Shown here in pieces: positions 47,576-57,840 of a stretch of 61,314 nt of DNA. Below the pieces are notes generated by a model. It ran no database searches. It saw nothing but the letters and a program-made list of their open reading frames with translations, and was not told the origin of the DNA. Position 1 is the stretch's first letter, and every line of letters begins with the position of its first letter. The position numbers and the translations under genes are program-made. Source of the DNA: an uncultured Verrucomicrobiota bacterium (lineage in GTDB: Bacteria > Verrucomicrobiota > Verrucomicrobiia > Palsa-1439). Where the stretch lies: contig CAZMKD010000237.1 of NCBI GenBank assembly GCA_964566575.1, forward strand, positions 1 through 61,314, read 5' to 3'.

Positions 47576-48814
47576 TCACCGGTCGCACTCTCCCATCACA
47601 AAGTCGAGACTGCCGAGGATGGCAACGGTGTCGCTCATCATGTGGCCTTTGCACAGCAAGGGTACGAGCTGGAGGTTCACAAAGCTTGGCGCGCGGATCT
47701 TGAGGCGATGCGGCGTGCCGCCGCCTTTGCTGACGATGTAGAAACCGAGTTCGCCTTTCGGGTTCTCGGCGGAGAAATAAATCTCGCCGGCGGGAGCGTT
47801 GATGCCCTGGGTGACGTTGATGAAGTGGTGGATCAATTCTTCCATCTTCGTCAGGACCGCCGTCTTGTCCGGCAACACGACCTTCGCTTCGGGTGCATGC
47901 CATGGACCCTTGGGCATGTAGTCGAGCGCTTGCTTGATGATGCGAATACTTTGGCGCATCTCTTCCATCCGGACAAGATACCTGTCCATGCAGTCGCCGA
48001 CGGTGCCGGTCGGGATCTTGAAATCGAAATTCTCGTAGCCGCCGTAGCGATGCGCCTTGCGAATGTCCCATTCGACGCCGCTGGCGCGGAGAATCGGGCC
48101 GGTCGCGCCGTAGTCAATGGCGTCGGCTTTCGAGAGGATGGCAATATCCTTGTTGCGCTCGATGAAAATTTTGTTGCGCGTGAGCAGCTTGTCAGTCTCA
48201 TCAATCGTCGCCGGCAAGCCCTCGATGAACTTCCGGCACATCGGGATGAAGTCGTCTGGCATGTCGTTGGCGAGGCCGCCGATGCGCGTATAGCTGGTCG
48301 TGAACCGCGCGCCGCAGATGAGTTCGCAGAGATCGTAGATCAATTCGCGTTGCCGGAAGGTGTAGAGGAAAACTGTCATCGCGCCGAGGTCCATGCTCAT
48401 TGCGCCGATGCCGAGCAGGTGCGAGCTGATGCGGGCAAGCTCGGCGCAGATGACGCGAATATACTTGCAGCGTTCCGGCACGTCGATGCCGCAGAGTTTT
48501 TCGACGGCGTAAGCGTAGGCGACGTTGTTGGCCAGCGGGGCGAGATAATCGAGCCGGTCGGTGTACGGGATGAACTGCGTGTACGTCATGTTCTCGGCGA
48601 TCTTCTCGTCGCCGCGATGGAGGTAGCCGATCTCCGGCCAGCAGTTGGTGATTTCCTCGCCGTCGAGTTCGAGCACGAGCCGGAACACGCCGTGCGTGCT
48701 CGGGTGCTGCGGCCCCATGTTGATGATCATCTTCTCGCCATGCAACTCTTCGTCGAACGCCTGTTGCGCCCGCGTAGCGGAATCAATCATCTCCATTTCA
48801 TATTTCGCCGCCAC
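47576..48814 (-). CDS. nuoD: NADH-quinone oxidoreductase subunit D
   Basis: NMGPQHPSTHG, GYLHRG.EK, RLDY, ENPKGELG. Confidence 0.97.
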   Translation of the reverse strand: MAAKYEMEMIDSATRAQQAFDEELHGEKMIINMGPQHPSTHGVFRLVLELDGEEITNCWPEIGYLHRGDEKIAENMTYTQFIPYTDRLDYLAPLANNVAYAYAVEKLCGIDVPERCKYIRVICAELARISSHLLGIGAMSMDLGAMTVFLYTFRQRELIYDLCELICGARFTTSYTRIGGLANDMPDDFIPMCRKFIEGLPATIDETDKLLTRNKIFIERNKDIAILSKADAIDYGATGPILRASGVEWDIRKAHRYGGYENFDFKIPTGTVGDCMDRYLVRMEEMRQSIRIIKQALDYMPKGPWHAPEAKVVLPDKTAVLTKMEELIHHFINVTQGINAPAGEIYFSAENPKGELGFYIVSKGGGTPHRLKIRAPSFVNLQLVPLLCKGHMMSDTVAILGSLDFVMGECDR

Positions 48815-48817
48815 GAG

Positions 48818-49423
48818 TTAGACCTGCTCCGTCTTCGATGGATTTTTTACGCGGTCGATGTTTTCGACAACGGTGTCCACCTGACGCGGCTCACGCACGA
48901 CCGAACTGCCTGACCCGATGGCCGGCACGAACGGCCCGCCCAACATCGGCGATGCGCGCACGGTATCAGCATCCACCGCCGTGTCCGGCAATTCCGCCGG
49001 GAGACCGGCCAGCGGGAAATCTTTCCGCAGCGGAAAAAAGGGATAACCGTCCCACATCAGAATGCGTTTCAGGTTTGGGTGATTGCGAAAGCGGATGCCG
49101 AACATGTCGAACGCTTCGCGTTCGTGCCAGTCGGCTGTCTTCCAAACGCTCACAACGGAATCCACGATCAAATCGTCTTCCGGCACGCTGGCCTTGAGGC
49201 GCAGATGGCAGCGGTCGGTCATCGAGTACAGGTGATAGACGACTTCAAAGCGCGGATCGTCGCCGTAGTTATCGACGCCGGACACGTCTGTCAGCATGTC
49301 GAAGCCGCGCTCCGACTTCAGATACCGGCAAGCTTCGAGAAGTTTCTCGCGCGTGATCCGCACGGTCGTTTCACCGCGGAACTCTGTCGTTGTGCCGCCG
49401 AAGCGAGTTTCGAGTTCCTTCAT
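48818..49423 (-). CDS. nuoC: NADH-quinone oxidoreductase subunit C
   Basis: [29 protein letters not shown]. Confidence 0.95.
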   Translation of the reverse strand: MKELETRFGGTTTEFRGETTVRITREKLLEACRYLKSERGFDMLTDVSGVDNYGDDPRFEVVYHLYSMTDRCHLRLKASVPEDDLIVDSVVSVWKTADWHEREAFDMFGIRFRNHPNLKRILMWDGYPFFPLRKDFPLAGLPAELPDTAVDADTVRASPMLGGPFVPAIGSGSSVVREPRQVDTVVENIDRVKNPSKTEQV

Positions 49424-49998
49424 CGCCTCCCCGCGTAATCGCCGCGAACGACGACGGGGCCGGTCACCTTATTCCAAGTCGTCGCTGCGCTGCCGGACTT
49501 CATTCCTTGGAGCGCCTTCTCCTGTGCGATCTTGCGCTGCAACGCCATCAAGCCTTCCAGCAGCGCTTCCGGTCGGGGCGGACAACCGGAAACATAAATG
49601 TCGACCGGCAAGAAATGATCCACGCCTTGGACGACGGCGTAGCTGCGATACATGCCGCCGGTACTTGCACACGCACCCATGGCCATGCACCATTTGGGAT
49701 TCGGCATCTGATCCCAAACGCGTTTGACGACACCGGCCATCTTGTACACGCACGTGCCGGCCACGATCATCAAATCGCATTGCCGCGGCGAGAACCGCAT
49801 CACTTCTGAGCCGAACCGCGCGATGTCGAACCGGCTTGCGCCGGCGGCCATCAACTCGATGCCGCAACACGCCAACCCCATCGGCATTGGCCAGACGGAG
49901 TTCTTACGAACCCAGCCGACGGCCGCGTCGACGCGTGTCACGATAACGTCGCGGCCTTCGACTTTCTGATCGAAACCGACTTCGAGACGTTCACTCAT
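49420..49998 (-). CDS. nuoB: NADH-quinone oxidoreductase subunit B
   Basis: [27 protein letters not shown]. Confidence 0.96.
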   Translation of the reverse strand: MSERLEVGFDQKVEGRDVIVTRVDAAVGWVRKNSVWPMPMGLACCGIELMAAGASRFDIARFGSEVMRFSPRQCDLMIVAGTCVYKMAGVVKRVWDQMPNPKWCMAMGACASTGGMYRSYAVVQGVDHFLPVDIYVSGCPPRPEALLEGLMALQRKIAQEKALQGMKSGSAATTWNKVTGPVVVRGDYAGRR

Positions 49999-50392
49999 GC
50001 CGGTCCTTCTTCGGCGCCCAATCCAGCGCGCCCTTTTTCCAGAGATAAATGTGGCCGGCCTCGAGGATGAGGAGAAACAGCGCCGCGCCAATCATGATAT
50101 TCCAGCCCATTTCCTTGAAAAGATCCCGGAACACCGCGCCCCAGCCGAGCATGAACACGACTTCGATGTCGAAAATGATGAACAGCATCGCTATCAGGTA
50201 AAACTTGATGCTGAACCGCGGCTGGCCAGCCTGCATCGCCGGCAAGCCGCATTCGTAGGCGCTGTCCTTGACTGGGTTGTGCGTGCGCTTCTTGCCGATG
50301 AGAGTCGGCAAAATGAGGTTGCCAATGGCAAAGCCGATGGCCACCAGCATCAAAATCGCAACCGGGACGTATTGATGTAATTGCTCGCTCAT
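49991..50392 (-). CDS. nuoA: NADH-quinone oxidoreductase subunit A
   Basis: [27 protein letters not shown]. Confidence 0.95.
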   Translation of the reverse strand: MSEQLHQYVPVAILMLVAIGFAIGNLILPTLIGKKRTHNPVKDSAYECGLPAMQAGQPRFSIKFYLIAMLFIIFDIEVVFMLGWGAVFRDLFKEMGWNIMIGAALFLLILEAGHIYLWKKGALDWAPKKDRHE

Positions 50393-50431
50393 AAACAGTA
50401 ACAAGGCGAACTGTCACGCCAAACAGCCGGG

Positions 50432-50453
50432 CCTTGTGATAAATTTCACAAGG
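50432..50453. promoter_or_regulatory. Rex- or CRP/FNR-type operator
   Basis: CCTTGTGA-TAAATT-TCACAAGG, perfect 8-bp arms. Confidence 0.75.
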
Positions 50454-50506
50454 AAACTACGGGGATTGGCCGTGCCATGCAAGAAGGATTTCGTTATCGT
50501 GATGAA

Positions 50507-51403
50507 ATGATTGGCAACCTCGTGCTCATCGAGGACATCCGCACCGAAATTGCGCGCGCGGGCGGCCGGATCACTTTCGAGCGCTACATGGAACTGGCGC
50601 TCTATCATCCGCAGCACGGCTACTACACGTCCGGCAAGGCGCGCATCGGTAAGGCCGGCGACTTCTTCACCAGCGTCAGCGTCGGCCCCCTATTTGGCCG
50701 CATCCTCGCCCGGCAATTTCGGCAATGGCAGGTGTCCGAAGTCATCGAAGTCGGCGGCCATCGCGGCCAACTCCGGCACGACGTGCTCGCCGCCGCACCG
50801 GATTTGTCGTACCGAGTTTTCGAGGTCGGTGAGGAATTGCCGGACAAGATTACCGGCTGCTTGTTCTCCAATGAATTGCTGGATGCGATGCCAGTGCATC
50901 GGATTCACGGCGACCGGGAAGTGTACGTGACCGGCGATTTCACCGAGGAACTCGGCCCGCTTTCCGATGCGCGCCTGCCGCGGTTGCCGTCGGGGTACCG
51001 GTCCGAGATCAACCTGCGCGCACTAGACTGGCTGGAAGACATCGCCCGGCGGTTACAGCACGGATACGTGCTGACGATCGACTACGGTTTCGAGCGCGCT
51101 GAATACTTTGCGCCACACCACAAAGACGGCCACCTCCAGTGTTATCGACAGCACTCGAAATCCGGCAATCCTTTCGAGCACATCGGCGAACAAGACATCA
51201 CGGCGCACGTCGAGTTCACGTCGTTGATCGAGCACGGCCAAGCGTTCGGTCTGGAGCCGGTCCTGTTCACGACTCAAGAGCGCTACTTGATGAAGACTGG
51301 CGAAGCCGAGATCATGCAGGCGACTGAACGCAATGCCATTCACCAACTACTCCACTCCACGATGGGCCACACCTTCAAGGTGCTCGTGCAGCGAAAGAGC
51401 TGA
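50507..51403 (+). CDS. NDUFAF7/MidA-family SAM-dependent methyltransferase
   Basis: ITFERYMELALY..GYY, GDFFTS, NELLDA.P, IDYG, QDITAHVEF. Confidence 0.88.
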   Translation: MIGNLVLIEDIRTEIARAGGRITFERYMELALYHPQHGYYTSGKARIGKAGDFFTSVSVGPLFGRILARQFRQWQVSEVIEVGGHRGQLRHDVLAAAPDLSYRVFEVGEELPDKITGCLFSNELLDAMPVHRIHGDREVYVTGDFTEELGPLSDARLPRLPSGYRSEINLRALDWLEDIARRLQHGYVLTIDYGFERAEYFAPHHKDGHLQCYRQHSKSGNPFEHIGEQDITAHVEFTSLIEHGQAFGLEPVLFTTQERYLMKTGEAEIMQATERNAIHQLLHSTMGHTFKVLVQRKS

Positions 51404-51454
51404 CGGCTTGCATTCTTGAATAGCTAGGGATTATCCTTCGTCTCAATTGGCCTT

Positions 51455-53413
51455 GTGAAAGTAGACCGCGACAGACTGTTAATCTCATTCGGCTTCTGGA
51501 TCGCGCTGGCGGTTTTGCTGGGCGTGGCGGTGATGACCCATCAGAATACACTGCGTCTGCTCGGCATCGAATCGCGGAGCGTCGCGACCGAAATGGCCGA
51601 TCCCGCGCAAGCACAGGCGGTACGGCTACGAGCGCATCTGGAGACGAGCTTGTTCGTGGTCGGGACCGTCTTGAGTGTCACGGTTCTGGTGATCGTGTTC
51701 CTCGTACTCAACAACCAGATCGTTGCGCGCAAACTGGCCGAACAGTCCTTGACGGATGAAAAGGCGCGGTTGGAGTGGCAATATCGACGTCAAGCCGCGA
51801 TAGCGGAGATCGAGTTGGCCATCAACGAACCGCACGAGTTGCAGGCGGTACTGCAGCGCATTACCGAGCGCGTCATGGAACTGTTGCCGGCCTCCGCCGC
51901 GAGCGTGATCCTGTGGGATTCAACGGCGCAAGACTTCGTCGTCAGCGCCACGACGGTGTCGCAACAGCCCGCACAGACTGCTAGCCAACGCGTTCGCCGC
52001 GCGGCCGGTGCCACGCGCTGGATCGTTGATCAAAAGAAGCCGTTCATCACGCGTGACGTTCGCGAAGATCCGTTTGGAGCAAACCCGATGCTGGAAGAGT
52101 TCGGGCTGCAATCCTATGTAGGCGTGCCGTTGATCATCGACGGCGAGGCGCTCGGGGTCTTGTACGCCTTGGACCGGCAAGTGCGCGATTATTCGCCATT
52201 AGAGATCGAATTCCTCACCGCACTGGCCGGGCGCGCTGCGTTGACGGTGGCGAAAGTCCGGCACTTTAATGAACTACAAGTCCTCAACAAAGAGTTGGAG
52301 CACAGCGCGCAGCAGCGCACCCTGGAATTGGAGCGGGTCAATACCGCGTTGTCGCGCTCGCAGGAATTGCTACAATCGGCCATCGACGGTTTGTCGGCCC
52401 ACATCGCCATCCTCGACGAACAGAGCACGATTATCGCCGTCAACCGCGCGTGGCGCGAGTTTGCCAATCGCAATGGACTCCGCGAGCGTGATCACGGCAT
52501 CGGGATGAACTACCTCGCGGTGTGCGACCGGGCTCAGGGTCCTGGCGCAGAGCAAGCGGCCCAGGTCGCGCAAGGATTGCGGGCGATCCTGAATAGCATG
52601 CGCGCGGAGTTCCGCTTCGAGTATCCGAGCCACGGACCCGAGGAGGACAGTTGGTTTCAGCTTCGCATCTCCCTCCTCCCACAGAGCCAGACGGGACGTT
52701 TGGTGGTCGCGCACGAGAACGTCACGGAAATCAAACGCACGCAAGAGGCGTTGCGCGCGTTGTCGAGCCAGTTGATGCACTCGCAGGATGAAGAACGCCG
52801 TAGTATCGCCCGCGAGTTGCACGACTCCACCGGCCAAAATCTCGCCGCGCTCACCCTGAACCTCTCCCGGCTTCAGAAGCTATTGCCGCAACCCGACGGT
52901 CAGTCCCACGCCATCGCTTCCGAGAGCCTGGCGTTGGCAGAACAATCTCAGCGCGAGGTCCGCACACTGTCGTACCTGTTGCATCCGCCGATGCTCGAAG
53001 AAGCGGGACTCGTTCACGCGCTGCGGTGGTACGCGGACGGCTTCACGAAGCGCAGCGGCATCCCGGTGGATGTCATCGCACTGCCGGACCTTGAACGCCT
53101 GTCGGCGGAGACCGAGCGCACGTTGTTTCGGGTCGTGCAAGAAGGATTGTCCAACATCCACCGCTACGCAAACTGCAGCAGCGCCAGCCTCCAGCTTACC
53201 CGGCAAGAGGGGTTGGTGACATTGGAAGTCAAGGACAACGGCCGGGGCATGGCCGTCAATCCGGCGTCCATTCCCAGCATGGCCATTGGACAGCTCGGCG
53301 TCGGCATCATGGGGATGCAGGAGCGCCTCCAGCAATTGGGCGGACGACTCGAGATCGAGACCGGACGACACGGCACGCTGTTGCGTGCCCTGATTCCGCT
53401 GGGAAGGAAATGA
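51455..53413 (+). CDS. membrane sensor histidine kinase (GAF, PAS, HisKA_3)
   Basis: ERRSIARELHDSTGQ, QEGLSNIHRY, DNGRG, G.GIMGMQER. Confidence 0.92.
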   Translation: MKVDRDRLLISFGFWIALAVLLGVAVMTHQNTLRLLGIESRSVATEMADPAQAQAVRLRAHLETSLFVVGTVLSVTVLVIVFLVLNNQIVARKLAEQSLTDEKARLEWQYRRQAAIAEIELAINEPHELQAVLQRITERVMELLPASAASVILWDSTAQDFVVSATTVSQQPAQTASQRVRRAAGATRWIVDQKKPFITRDVREDPFGANPMLEEFGLQSYVGVPLIIDGEALGVLYALDRQVRDYSPLEIEFLTALAGRAALTVAKVRHFNELQVLNKELEHSAQQRTLELERVNTALSRSQELLQSAIDGLSAHIAILDEQSTIIAVNRAWREFANRNGLRERDHGIGMNYLAVCDRAQGPGAEQAAQVAQGLRAILNSMRAEFRFEYPSHGPEEDSWFQLRISLLPQSQTGRLVVAHENVTEIKRTQEALRALSSQLMHSQDEERRSIARELHDSTGQNLAALTLNLSRLQKLLPQPDGQSHAIASESLALAEQSQREVRTLSYLLHPPMLEEAGLVHALRWYADGFTKRSGIPVDVIALPDLERLSAETERTLFRVVQEGLSNIHRYANCSSASLQLTRQEGLVTLEVKDNGRGMAVNPASIPSMAIGQLGVGIMGMQERLQQLGGRLEIETGRHGTLLRALIPLGRK

Positions 53414-54057
53414 GAATGATCAAGATCCTAATCGCCGACGATCACGACGTAATGCGCCGCGGCATCCGGCAACTCCTGGAGACCCAACCTGGCTGGGAGG
53501 TTTGCGGTGAAGCCAGCAATGGCCGCGAAGCCGTCGACTTGGTCGCGAATCTCAAGCCGCACGTGGCAATCGTCGATATCGGCATGCCGGAGATGAACGG
53601 CCTCGAAGCGGCGCGGGCGATGAAGAAAGTTTCCCCGCGCACTGAGGTCCTGATTTTCACCATGCACGATACCGAGCAACTCGTCCACGAAGTGCTCAGT
53701 GCCGGCGCGCGCGGTTACGTATTGAAGTCCGATGCGTCACGCCATCTCATCAACGCCGTCGAGGCGCTGGCGGAACACAAACCCTTCTTCACCTCCGACG
53801 TCGCGGCCACCATCCTGGACGGTTACCTCAACGTTGCCGGTGGTGAGGCGCAGTCGGCATCGGTTCTCACTCCGCGCGAACGCGAGATCATCCAACTGCT
53901 CGCCGAGGGCAAGACGAACAAAGAAGTGGCCAATTCCCTTGGTATTAGCGTCAAGACGGCGGAGACACACCGAGCCGCAATCATGCGCAAGCTGGAATTG
54001 AAGTCCACCGCCGACCTCGTACGCTACGCCGTGCGTAACAACATCATCCAGCCCTGA
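53410..54057 (+). CDS. NarL/FixJ-family response regulator
   Basis: ADDH, D receiver motif, LTPREREI..GKTNKEVA LuxR HTH. Confidence 0.95.
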   Translation: MRMIKILIADDHDVMRRGIRQLLETQPGWEVCGEASNGREAVDLVANLKPHVAIVDIGMPEMNGLEAARAMKKVSPRTEVLIFTMHDTEQLVHEVLSAGARGYVLKSDASRHLINAVEALAEHKPFFTSDVAATILDGYLNVAGGEAQSASVLTPREREIIQLLAEGKTNKEVANSLGISVKTAETHRAAIMRKLELKSTADLVRYAVRNNIIQP

Positions 54058-54147
54058 GCCGGCCACTCGGCTACAGGAAATCCCCGTAGAAATTGCATAG
54101 TTCTCCCGATAGCCTTGCGGGCCTCGTGTTCGCTATCGTGCGCGACC

Positions 54148-54945
54148 ATGTCGATCACTGGCGACTCCGCACCCGGGAACAACGGCGATACGCTGCGCTC
54201 ATACTGGATTTGGGATTCGCCGCCGGTGGCGGCGTTTGACGATCTGGCTTCACTGGCCGCGCGCTTGTGCGACGCGCCGATGGCGTTGATCAGTTTCCTC
54301 GACGGCCAACAGCGGTGGTTCACATCGCGGTCGGGATTCAAATTGGCAGCCACGGCCGCCGAGTGGACGTTCCGCGCGAAGACGATGGCCGGCACGAAGG
54401 TGCTGGTCGTACCGGACGCGTGGGCCGACGCCCGTTTTGCCGACAACTCACTCGTGACCGGTGACCCTTACGTGCGTTTCTTTGCCGGTGCGCAGCTCAC
54501 GACGTTTACCGGGCTGACCCTCGGCGTGCTTTGCGTGATGGATCGCATTCCCCGGCAACTGGACGCGAAACATCGGGAGTCCCTCCTGATCGTCTCCCGG
54601 CAAGTTACAATGCAGCTCGAATTCCGCCGCGTCGTCGAGGAGTTGGCCAACACGATCAAGCTGCTCGACGAAACGACCCTCGAGCAAAAGGAGTTGATCA
54701 ACCAGTACCGCAGAACGCTGTCGGAAATCAAAACGCTCCGTGGCCTGCTGCCCATTTGCTCCGCCTGCAAGAAAATCCGCAACGCCCGGGGAGACTGGAC
54801 CCGGCTGGAGGAATACATTCGCGAGCATTCGCACGCCGATTTCACCCACGGCCTCTGCCCGGACTGCGTGACGCACGTATCGAGCCCGGCGGTCGGCCAC
54901 GAGCCGCCAGCACAGGGTTTATCTCACGAAACGAGCGCCAGATGA
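54148..54945 (+). CDS. GAF-domain protein with Cys-rich C-terminal motif
   Basis: FDDL..LAA..CDAP, DARF.DN.LV..DP.VRFFAGA, GLLPICSACKKIR..HGLCPDC. Confidence 0.8.
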   Translation: MSITGDSAPGNNGDTLRSYWIWDSPPVAAFDDLASLAARLCDAPMALISFLDGQQRWFTSRSGFKLAATAAEWTFRAKTMAGTKVLVVPDAWADARFADNSLVTGDPYVRFFAGAQLTTFTGLTLGVLCVMDRIPRQLDAKHRESLLIVSRQVTMQLEFRRVVEELANTIKLLDETTLEQKELINQYRRTLSEIKTLRGLLPICSACKKIRNARGDWTRLEEYIREHSHADFTHGLCPDCVTHVSSPAVGHEPPAQGLSHETSAR

Positions 54946-55160
54946 TGTTTTGGCGCTTTCGGGCCTCGGTAGTTTCCCCTAGCTAGAATACATGATTCAC
55001 CCGATTTGCACCGGGCACCGTCACGCCTATCCTCAACGCGTTCTAAGACCAATTGTGACGGGAAGACGCTGTTGAGGGGACGGGCGGCGCGGCGAGCGTC
55101 GCTATTAAGAAGGCAACGCCAGTTTCTCTGTCACTACAATCCAAGAAAGGCTATCAACAT

Positions 55161-55613
55161 ATGAGTATGGTAAAAGAGTTCAAAGAGTTCGCGATGCGCG
55201 GCAATGTCGTCGACCTCGCGGTCGGTGTCATTATCGGCGGCGCGTTCGGCAAAGTGGTTAGTTCAGTGGTCAACGACATCATCATGCCGCCGGTTGGCAA
55301 ATTGATGGGCAACGTCAACTTTAGCGACTTGTTCGTCAACCTCGACAGCAGCAAAGGCCCGTTTCCGTCCCTCGCGGCTGCGAAGGCAGCGGGCGCCGCA
55401 GTGATGAGCTACGGTGTATTTATCAACACAATGATCGATTTCATCATCGTCGCCTTGTGCATCTTCATGCTCATCAAAGGCATGAACTCGATGAAGAAGA
55501 AGGAAGCGCCAGCGCCGGCTCTCGCGCCCAGCACCAAGAATTGCGAGTACTGCCTGTCGGCCATCCCGATCAAGGCCACGCGCTGCCCGCACTGCACTTC
55601 GCAGGTCAAGTAA
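55161..55613 (+). CDS. mscL: large-conductance mechanosensitive channel with C-terminal CxxC pair
   Basis: [22 protein letters not shown]; CEYC..CPHC. Confidence 0.95.
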   Translation: MSMVKEFKEFAMRGNVVDLAVGVIIGGAFGKVVSSVVNDIIMPPVGKLMGNVNFSDLFVNLDSSKGPFPSLAAAKAAGAAVMSYGVFINTMIDFIIVALCIFMLIKGMNSMKKKEAPAPALAPSTKNCEYCLSAIPIKATRCPHCTSQVK

Positions 55614-55632
55614 CTCAACGAAAGGAAATGCC

Positions 55633-56091
55633 ATGAAACAAATACTGTGCATCGCCGTTGCCGGTCTGATGTTAGTCGGTTGCGGTAAGAACGAAGAGCC
55701 CGCTCCCGCGGCACCGGCCGCCGAGATGCCAAAGGTAGTGGAGCCGGCCCAACCGGCCGAACCCACCGCCGCCGCCCCCGCACCGAGCGTGGCGCAGCAA
55801 GCCACCGGCAAGTACGCCGGTCTCCTCAATGCCTTCCAGGGTGCCGACGCCAGCACGATGGCGACGGTCCAAAAGGCCGTTGGCGCGTTGCAAGGCGGCA
55901 AGTGGAGCGAAGCAATGCCGGCGCTGCAGCAGTTGCTCGCTGGCAACCTGACGGGCGGACAGAAGCAGGCCGTGCAGGACACAATGGCTGACGCCCAGAA
56001 GGAAGCGGCCAGCAGCGCAGCCAGCCAGGCCACAGAAGATGCGTCGAAGTCGGTCGAAGACCTGAAGAAGTCACTGCCGTTTGGCAAATGA
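55633..56091 (+). CDS. Ala/Pro-rich lipoprotein
   Basis: LMLVG-C lipobox. Confidence 0.8.
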   Translation: MKQILCIAVAGLMLVGCGKNEEPAPAAPAAEMPKVVEPAQPAEPTAAAPAPSVAQQATGKYAGLLNAFQGADASTMATVQKAVGALQGGKWSEAMPALQQLLAGNLTGGQKQAVQDTMADAQKEAASSAASQATEDASKSVEDLKKSLPFGK

Positions 56092-56130
56092 CGTGAAATG
56101 AACCCAAGAAACCAACCCAAAGGAATCACA

Positions 56131-57681
56131 ATGAAGAAACAACTATTGTTAACCCTTGCGACCGTCGCCCTCGCAGCGTCCACAACGCTGTGGACAGGCT
56201 GCGCGAGCTGGGGCCAGCACGACGAACAAACCTACACCTCCGGCACCGAGGCCAGCCGCACGGAAGTCCCGCGTTACCAGCAGACGACACCGGCACCCAG
56301 AGCCGAAGCTCCGAAGCCGATGGCCAGGCCCGAAGTCGCATCGAGCGAGTTCACGCTCAAGAGCGACCTGCTCCAAGTCACCAAGCGCGTACCGGCCAGA
56401 GCGACACTCGGCTCCACGATTGAAGCCGATGTGACGATCGTTGCGATCGCCTCCTGCGCCAACGTCGTCGTCACCGACACAATCCCGGCTGGCTCCACCT
56501 ACGTGAAGAGCGAGCCTCCGGCACAAGTCGACGGCAAGAAGCTGACCTGGAACATCGACACGATGGACAGAGGCCAGACCATCAACGCCAAGATCTGGTA
56601 TAAAGCCGACAGCGAAGGCAACCTGGTCAATTGCGCCACGATGGCCGCCATCCCGCGCGGCTGTGCCGTCACTCTGGTTGGCATCGCGAAGCTCACGATC
56701 ACCTGTTCGTTGCCTGCCTCCAGCAAGGTCGGCGATGCGGTCAACAAAGTCATCGAAGTCCGTAACACCGGCACCGCTGTTGCCAACGACGTCGTCATTG
56801 CCGACACGCTCCCGAGCGGTCTGAGCGCCACCGGCCCGGTGACGTTCAACATCGGCGACCTCGCCCCCGGCGCAGCCAAGCAGGTGACTGTCACCGCTAG
56901 AGCCAACGCCCGCGGCGAGCAACAGAACGTTGCCACGGCAAAGGCGTCGAATACCGACTCAGTCAAGGCTGAGTGCGCCACGCTCGTGCAGCAGCCCGGC
57001 CTGAACATCACCAAGTCCGGCACCAAGGAACAGTTCCTCGGCCGCAACGCCAACTATGAGATCGTCGTCTCCAACACCGGCGACACGACCCTCACCGGCG
57101 TGGCCGTCACCGACACGGCTCCGGCCGCAACGAGGATCGTCAACGCCAGCGGCGCCAGCGTCTCCGGCAACAGCGCGACCTGGCAGATGAGCGAACTTAA
57201 GAGCGGTGAGAAGAAGGCCCTCGAAGTCACGCTCACTAGTGCAACCCCCGGCACACACTGCAACGTGGCCGGCGTCAGAGCCAGCGCCGACAACCTCTCC
57301 GGTAGCGCAGAAGCTTGTACGGTGTGGAGGGGCGTCCCCGCCATCCTGCTCGAAACCAGGGATGATCCCGACCCGATTCAGGCTGGCGAAACCGTCTCCT
57401 ATACGATTCGTGTGACCAACCAAGGCACTGCGGATGATGGCAACGTCAAGATAGTCGCCAAGTTCGGCAAGGAGATCAACCCAGTCAGTGCCGTCGGTGG
57501 CACCGTCAGCGACAAGACCGTGACGTTTGCGTCGATTCCGAAGCTCGCGCCCAAGCAGGTCGTGACCTACACGATCACCGCCAAAGGTGCCGCTGCGGGC
57601 GACCATCGCCTGAACGTCGAACTGACTTCGGACCTCCTGTCCTCGCCGGTCACGCACGAAGAAAGTACGCACGTATACTAA
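56131..57681 (+). CDS. DUF11-repeat lipoprotein, OmcB-like
   Basis: LWTG-C lipobox; four repeats of ..V.NTG....NVV..DT.P; paired cysteines. Confidence 0.82.
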   Translation: MKKQLLLTLATVALAASTTLWTGCASWGQHDEQTYTSGTEASRTEVPRYQQTTPAPRAEAPKPMARPEVASSEFTLKSDLLQVTKRVPARATLGSTIEADVTIVAIASCANVVVTDTIPAGSTYVKSEPPAQVDGKKLTWNIDTMDRGQTINAKIWYKADSEGNLVNCATMAAIPRGCAVTLVGIAKLTITCSLPASSKVGDAVNKVIEVRNTGTAVANDVVIADTLPSGLSATGPVTFNIGDLAPGAAKQVTVTARANARGEQQNVATAKASNTDSVKAECATLVQQPGLNITKSGTKEQFLGRNANYEIVVSNTGDTTLTGVAVTDTAPAATRIVNASGASVSGNSATWQMSELKSGEKKALEVTLTSATPGTHCNVAGVRASADNLSGSAEACTVWRGVPAILLETRDDPDPIQAGETVSYTIRVTNQGTADDGNVKIVAKFGKEINPVSAVGGTVSDKTVTFASIPKLAPKQVVTYTITAKGAAAGDHRLNVELTSDLLSSPVTHEESTHVY

Positions 57682-57840
57682 GCAGCTACAGCGCGCGCAG
57701 CCGACTGGCTGAGGGTTGGTAAAACGGGAACCAGTCACTGCGTTCAGTAAGCGCCCGCAGGTTGAGTGCCTTGGAGCACTCGTCTGCGGGCGTTGCGCTT
57801 TCGGCTTCCCGCCTTGCGGATTCGCCGCTATCCTGTCGAC

